The notes under the pieces: generated by a model
What the model saw: only the letters and a program-made list of their open reading frames with translations
What the model was told of the DNA's origin: nothing
The model's database searches: none
Shown here: piece after piece, positions 57,613-64,000 of the stretch
Numbering within the stretch: the first letter of the stretch is position 1
How the letters are laid out: the number at the start of each line of letters is the position of its first letter
Translations under genes and position numbers: made by a program
Source of the DNA: Balanoglossus misakiensis
Taxonomy: Eukaryota > Animalia > Hemichordata
Length of the DNA stretch: 64,000 bases
Reading direction: 5' to 3'
NCBI GenBank assembly: GCA_040954595.2
Contig: CM082595.2
Coordinates: forward strand, 3,209,943-3,273,942

Positions 57613-59316
57613 ATTGACAGGGGACAAGTCAGTGGTTTAGTCCTCAAATACCAATCGAAATACGAAAGTGGGAGTTCTTCACATTAATCGGAAACCAGAG
57701 AAATATGCGGGTATCTCTTAACTTTCCATGGACCATGAAAGTCAACGCGATTGGCCAGATATCCCTTTGCGATTCCAACGTCAACAACGCATTCTCTGTG
57801 ACAGGTTCGATTCGAACGAATACTGAGGCGAAGATAAAAAAAACCGCATCTGCAGTACAGCCTGGAAAAATCATAATGAGATATACCATCGTTAGAGTAA
57901 ATTCGCAGTCCTTTTTAGAATTGCATTAGCATCATAAATAGCCGCACTGACAGAAAGGAAATTTAACAGTAAAAGTTATAAATAAGCTTAAATGAACGTT
58001 TTATTTATAATCGTGACTTCGACGGGTTGAATGAAATAAAAAAGAAGATGAAAACATGAAATGTTTAAATGCATATAACACTCTGTTTTGCTTTGCGTAT
58101 GCGATGAAATTAAACCGAATATATTTGAATATATTTGGTTATTAAAAAGCAGGAAAAATTACAGGTCGTTAAATTTCGTTTCGTTCCACTGAAGTGGTAA
58201 TTGGCCCTAGCTTGTAATTAGGTCATAAACGATGCTGAAACGCGACGTGCGGCCAATCTCGCTACCAGCAACTTATTGGTAAATAAACACGCCACGTAGA
58301 CCAGTAGACATGATGGCTGGTGCAGAAAAAGTCTCGCCAGAATTTATAGATGTAAATCGGTACAAATATTCAATGAAACCTACCTTTGAAGACCCCCTCA
58401 ACCTTCAGCACTCCGAAAATATGCGTGTCAAATACTGGTGGTTTTTTGGAAGACAAATGACTATACCAACCACCGTTATTATAACGGAACGGTGCATAAA
58501 TTAAAATTGTACTGTCGCTCTGCCAGAACGGACATGCGCATTGAAACAGTAACGGCGATGAAATCCATACCAGAGCCACCTGTTGCATGTTGCTCCGCAA
58601 ATTTGAATATCATCAACTAGTACAGCGCCCTCAAGGCACAGATTGAAAACCAAGAGCACATCGGTTCACGTTTTTCCCTCCTCCAAACTCGTTAATTCAG
58701 GGATTTCACGAAATAGAAAGTAGTTTTACATCATCAATTTTCACTTTAAAGTTCTCGATGTTGTGTTTTCAACTAAAGATGTAGCCATACACTATATGTC
58801 ACAATTGAGTACCCAGCTACAAGCGTTTCATATAGTGAGAACATAGCAGAAAGGAAAGCTTGTCATTGGTTACACAACACTTGCAGATGAGTCATAAGAT
58901 ATGCAAGGTCGCAACAGCTGTTCATAATGCCTTTACACAAATAAAAGTGCCAGGCATGGATTATGGCTTCTGCAGTGTTCGAAGAAGAATACACAAGCAC
59001 AATATTGCAGTGGTGATATTTTTATTGATAGACCGTTATACAGGGCTTGTTGGTCTACCACTCAAAAATTGAAGAAAAATAATCTGATTCCAGTACAAAA
59101 TATATATTGAAAAACAATTCTTTGTCATGAAGAAATCAGAGGACAGCACAGAGAATGTCAAAAGGCAGTAAACTATACAACTACCGGCAGTGACATAAAA
59201 AAATACTATAAACATTATCGTAAACTACAGCTGTAAAAAATCTTCAGGAAAATTTAATTCCATGATTTAAACGCAAATCCATTGTATATGTATTTCAGCA
59301 AAACAAAAAATCTGAA

Positions 59317-62300
59317 CTAAGTCGCGACTTCTGAATCTTTTCGGCTCTTCCCTGCCGACATGACGAGTAATTTTTTCTTGCCGGATTTTTTCTGTTTGGC
59401 AGACGGTGGGGTGTTGGGATCAATGTTTTCATCAGCACTGTTGTCCGGTGTCCCTGGCAACAAGAATGAGAAGTAAATGATTATCATGGAATTGAGAGAG
59501 TTTGTTACACGTTCTTTCCTCTCATATCATTTAATGCTCAGTGCAGGTTTCTTTCCACATACACGCACTTGAGGAGTGGTGTGCGGGTGAGGAAAAATCT
59601 TTAAGCATCATTGCATTACAAGAGATACGGACAGCCAGCCACAACCAAGAACCTGCAGCAGACATTTATTTATACCTTTTGTATCTTCTTCTGCATCTTC
59701 GTCTTCTTTCACATCAAACAACTCAAGATCGCTGTCATCGTCCGACGAGAAGGATGGCCGCACGACTTTCTTTCCCTTCTGCCCTCCAGAGGGCTTCCGC
59801 GTGGTGCGCCCTCCTCTGGCAGCCGGGTGTCCAGACTTCCGCCGTTTGTCGAAATCGTCATCGCTGTCGTCGTAGACATCTCTGGTCAGCCGTGTTTGGC
59901 GTCTTGCAGCTGGTGTCTTTCCCTTCAGACCTTTTCCTGTTGAGAGACATGAATACCGGAAGTTAATCTCATACTGTAGTCTAGAATTAAGGGGAAAAAT
60001 ACAGAAAAATTTTTGAAAATGAGAAAAGTGTTGATACAACTCGAACATGAAACTAAATATTATTATACCTGGGGTCTTTCTGCCTCTTGTGGCCTCGGTC
60101 GCCTGCGAAGCCTTCAACGCAATCTCTTCATCATTCATTCCTTTGGTGTGACATTCCAGCAGTTTGGCTTCCAACTCGTCCACCATGACCTGCAGATGTG
60201 AACACACAGCGTTTACTCCTTCAATGGTGCCATTAGCATGTTACTGTGCTCTAACAACCAGACTGGACGCAAGAAGGATCTTATTTTCACCATGAGTGGC
60301 CAATGTGTGGAATAAGCTTACTGGACTTGGTTGTCAATGCTAGTACCGGCAGTACAAACTCATTAAAAAAATAAGTAAGATCTCTCTATCAGTGAAATGT
60401 GAACCATTAGACCATCACCGGCAACTGACTTTGCCAAGAGAGATGTGCCATTTTCCAGAAGAATATCTATTCCCGTATGTGAACTGAACTGATCTGATCT
60501 GAACTCACTTACAGGCAACTTCCTATTCTCAAACTCAAAGCCTTTCATTTCTAACTTACCTTAGTTTCTGGTTTCACAAACTTCTTGGATTTGCTGATGA
60601 TGGCGGTGAAACTACTGAAGACATCGTCTTCCGCCAGTTTGTCGGCATAGCAGGGTAGATTCTCTTGGAGTTTACGGATGGAGCGCTCACTATAGTCCAA
60701 CAAGGACAAGCAGAATGCAAGATCTCGAATCTGTCTGTCGGTTCTGTGGGAACAGAGAAGAGAGAATCTTGTGTTTCTGATTTAACAAATAGCCAAGTTA
60801 CCACATCAAGGTTTTCAGGAGTTGATTATGAAACTTCGGCAGAATTTTCAGCCAGCTAATATGATTAAGACAATGACATGTCTGAGGCACTGTATTTTGT
60901 TTTGACTGCCATGCCATTCACACTTACCTTGTAGCTCTGAATCGGTGACACAATTTCTCCACCAAACTCTCACACTGTCTGTCTTTCTGGATGAAGGAGA
61001 ACAGATACCTGCAGAAGATAAACCAAAGTGATTACACTCAGGTTGTTCAGAACCCGGTCACCCCAGTTCCCTCTTTAGAGAAGACATACAGCCAACTGAC
61101 ATTATATGAAAGATCAAATCTGACCATCACGTCAAGAAAACTGAAAATCTCACCTCATGATGGTTTTGAAGTTTTCTTCTTCTACGCCGACGTCTGGATC
61201 CGAGAGACGACTGATGACATCAGGCATGATGTTGTAAATAGCATTGCCCTAGAATATTGAAATAGTTCATGTTAACACAGACCGAGACTTGGCCTCATCA
61301 AAACAAGAATTTCATATGCTAGCCCACTTGATATACATGTGTAGATACACTAACCCAATAACCAGATGCACGATTTCCCCTGCTATTAAACCCACACTGC
61401 AGCTCTTCCTTACCTTCTTTGACAGTTCATTGAAGAACATCTTGGCCATGTTTGAAATCCTATCGTCCTCATCCACAATGCAATTGGCCATCTCGCTGAT
61501 CTGACCCTTGACCTTGACCATGTCGTTCAGGATGAGACGTGTCAGGACAATCATGGTGTTCTTGCGAACAGTCGGTGAATCATCGCGCAGCCTGTTAAGA
61601 GAAATCCACACAGAAATTATTAGTATTCAAGAGAACATCTATTTTCATTGATTGACATTATGAACATGAAAGAAAGCACCCAATGTAGGAGGGAGACCCT
61701 GATAGTTCAAAGGTTATTTACCTTGCATAGAGATTAGGTGTCCATGGCTCAATGAGATTAGGAAAACGTACAGTCAGGTCACCCAGAGCAATGATGGTGT
61801 TGGCACGAATGGTGGGCTCCTGCGCCTGGAAGTCAAATACGAAATCATAATATCACCAATGATGATACTTCAGTCTCAGTACATTAACCATTAATCCACA
61901 CTACAGGTGGTTTAGGTAATGCTCACCTTTTCCAGGAGCGTAAACAACAACTGTAGATGTGCCTCGCAGAAATCAGCGCTGACCAACATGAACTTGGCCA
62001 AAGCCATGGTGGCCGAGGCCCTCAACTCTGGGTGGGAGTACTTGGTGCTGTTGGAGCATATGGTCATGATCAGCGGCGAGAACAAGGCCAGCAGATTGGA
62101 ACCTAATGAGCAATAGAACATACGACATGAAACGTAAAGCTTCTTTCCTGTGTAGACAACAGTATTCTATGAGATTCATAGCTACAGAACATGGCAGAAT
62201 TTGCACCACTGAGCCACATGGCTGGTCAGTCATAAACCCTCACCTGTAACAATATCATTATCCAGGATTTTCTTCATGTACTCAGCCTCTGTGTCATCTG

Positions 62301-64000
62301 CCACAGCTCCTGTCAGTCCCATCTCTTCTTCCATGCTGGGTTCAGCCTGAAAAATCATTGGCATGAGACTTTTCAAAATGCTTTCAAATAACATTTCTCC
62401 TAAATTTATACAGTGATGTATTGTTTTGTACAGGATTGATCATTTCACATGACTAAGTTCTGTCAAAAGGCTACAATAAGCAAATCCAAAACTGATCAAA
62501 TAATTTTCAGATTAACCCATTACCTTTGTCTTGTCTTTCTCACTTTTCTTCTTTGCGGTAGCTGCTTCTTTCTCATTTTCTTTGATGGCACGTCTGCGTT
62601 TCAGCTCGGCCAGAATGCTGACGTCGAGGTGATAGAGCTGCCGGAACGCTACGTGTCCGATCACAGCAAACAGGCGAGTCAAGAGGGCAGGGTGGCAACT
62701 CAGATCTCTGTCTTCATTCTCGTTGTCACCAGCACCTTCAAAAACAATTTGTAGTTGCGATTTTATTATACCTTCCAAGTTCCCCTCTCCCCAAACAATA
62801 TACATATATGTATGCCTGCCAGGCAAACATACTCCATTCTCATGCAGTACCAAGATTGGTCGGAATGAGTCATGTGATTAGAAAATATAATGGCTATTTC
62901 CCTAGGGGAATAGTGACATCACCTATTTGCATACCAACACCAGGAAAACACTGCAACAAATGTTACCTTTCTCGATCGTCTTCATAAGCACACTGATCAA
63001 CTTCTTGATGATATCACCGCAGATGACATCAGGATGTTCTCCGAGTCCATAGATGACATTGACAGCCTGCTCCGCCATGGCAACCCAGAACTTGTCATCC
63101 AGCTTCTCAATGCCTGACAGCAAGTGAAAAGAGAAGTTATCTTTAGTCAACAGGAGAATCATCAATACAGATCTGCAATTCTTTTAGATGCATCATGGTC
63201 TCTCCATGTGTGGAGGCACCTTGGATACACAGACAAGTACAAAGATTACTGATATCGAGACTTAACAACGCAATGAAAGATGTTAGTCATACATTGTCCA
63301 AGAATGCTACGACCACTCACCTTGGACCATTAGGTCAGCCAGTTTTGTGAACATCTCGTGATCCATTGGAAATCGTAAGGGTTCCTCTCCGACAGAGCCT
63401 TTTGCCTAATACAACAACAACAACAACAACAACAACAAAACATGAGCATCTAAGAAGTGATGGCTTTCCAGGAGTGAACTTCATTTTGTCCTTTTGGTTT
63501 AAAATCCCAGAACTTTCCAGGAATGTAACAAATCTCGAAAGGAAGAAGATTTCAACATGTGCTACTGGCTGATGTACCCACCTTCTTGATCTGAGTAAGT
63601 TTGAGCAAAGCTACACAGGTTTCTTTGGCCAACAAGAAGTCATCGCTGGCTCTCTCTCCAAGACCAGTGTTTATCAATACATCCACATTGCTGCGGACTA
63701 TGTTGATGTCACCTCTGGTAATAATGCAAGCATACAAAAGAGAAGAAGAGGAAACATGAATCAATAGCTCATACAATGCAGTTTACTACATGTATATGTG
63801 GTAAGGAATTTGTCACATGATAAACTCTCTATCCCCAAATGTGTGTACTTGATGCAAGATGTTGAGTGGTATACATGTAAAAGTGTATCGATAATACGAT
63901 TAATTATCTAATATTCCCACTCACTTTGCCGCCATTCCCAGCAGAATCAATGCCACTTTACTCTCATCGGCCGAGGTGTTCGGAATCTTCAGCGTGAATC
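59317..64000 (-). CDS. NCAPD2: Condensin I subunit CAP-D2 (NCAPD2), 3' portion, multi-exon, continues beyond the window
   Basis: ATMALAKFMLVSADFCEAHLQLLFTLLEK, IRANTIIALGDLTVRFPNLIEPWTPNLYARLRD, LILNDMVKVKGQISEMANCIVD, FFNELSKK, NAIYNIMPDVISRLSDP, LVEKLCHRFR; acidic/basic C-terminal tail; minus-strand AATAAA near 59021. Confidence 0.96.
60260..60530 (+). mobile_element. Decayed 3' end of a CR1/L2-group LINE in an NCAPD2 intron
   Basis: Translates RLDARRILFSP*VANVWNKL..VVNA..STNSLK, resembling the CR1-group ORF2 C-terminus (R..FFS.RVVN.WN.LP..VV.A.S...FK). Confidence 0.5.

Noticed and set aside
59317-64000. Intronic scaRNA (human NCAPD2 hosts SCARNA10/U85)
   Set aside because: No convincing C/D boxes or U5-complementary guide seen by eye in the introns present; an Rfam scan, including the 5' introns outside the window, would be needed

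Overview
Intron-rich, AT-rich animal genomic DNA. A marine invertebrate deuterostome such as a hemichordate is my inference from gene content, not something the sequence proves. Ten protein-coding genes were reconstructed by hand from splice sites: secreted C-type lectin (+), SPSB/gustavus (-), SLC25A11 (+), an intronless TRIM-NHL (-), complete chordin (+), a two-TM NIT-domain guanylate cyclase (-), a type II membrane C-type lectin (-), a serine beta-lactamase-family protein (-), TMEM74-like (-) and the 3' part of NCAPD2 (-). Intergenic and intronic DNA holds several MITE-like elements, a nested fold-back repeat, a CR1-like LINE remnant, mini- and microsatellites and CTCF-like motifs. The most notable items are the chemoreceptor-like NIT-guanylate cyclase lying tail-to-tail with chordin, a possible unannotated spliced non-coding or decayed gene at about 3.6-5.3 kb, and the composite inverted-repeat structure at 27.7-29.6 kb. 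No prokaryotic systems, rRNA, tRNA or CRISPR arrays were seen. Family assignments are from motif recognition, with no database searches run.
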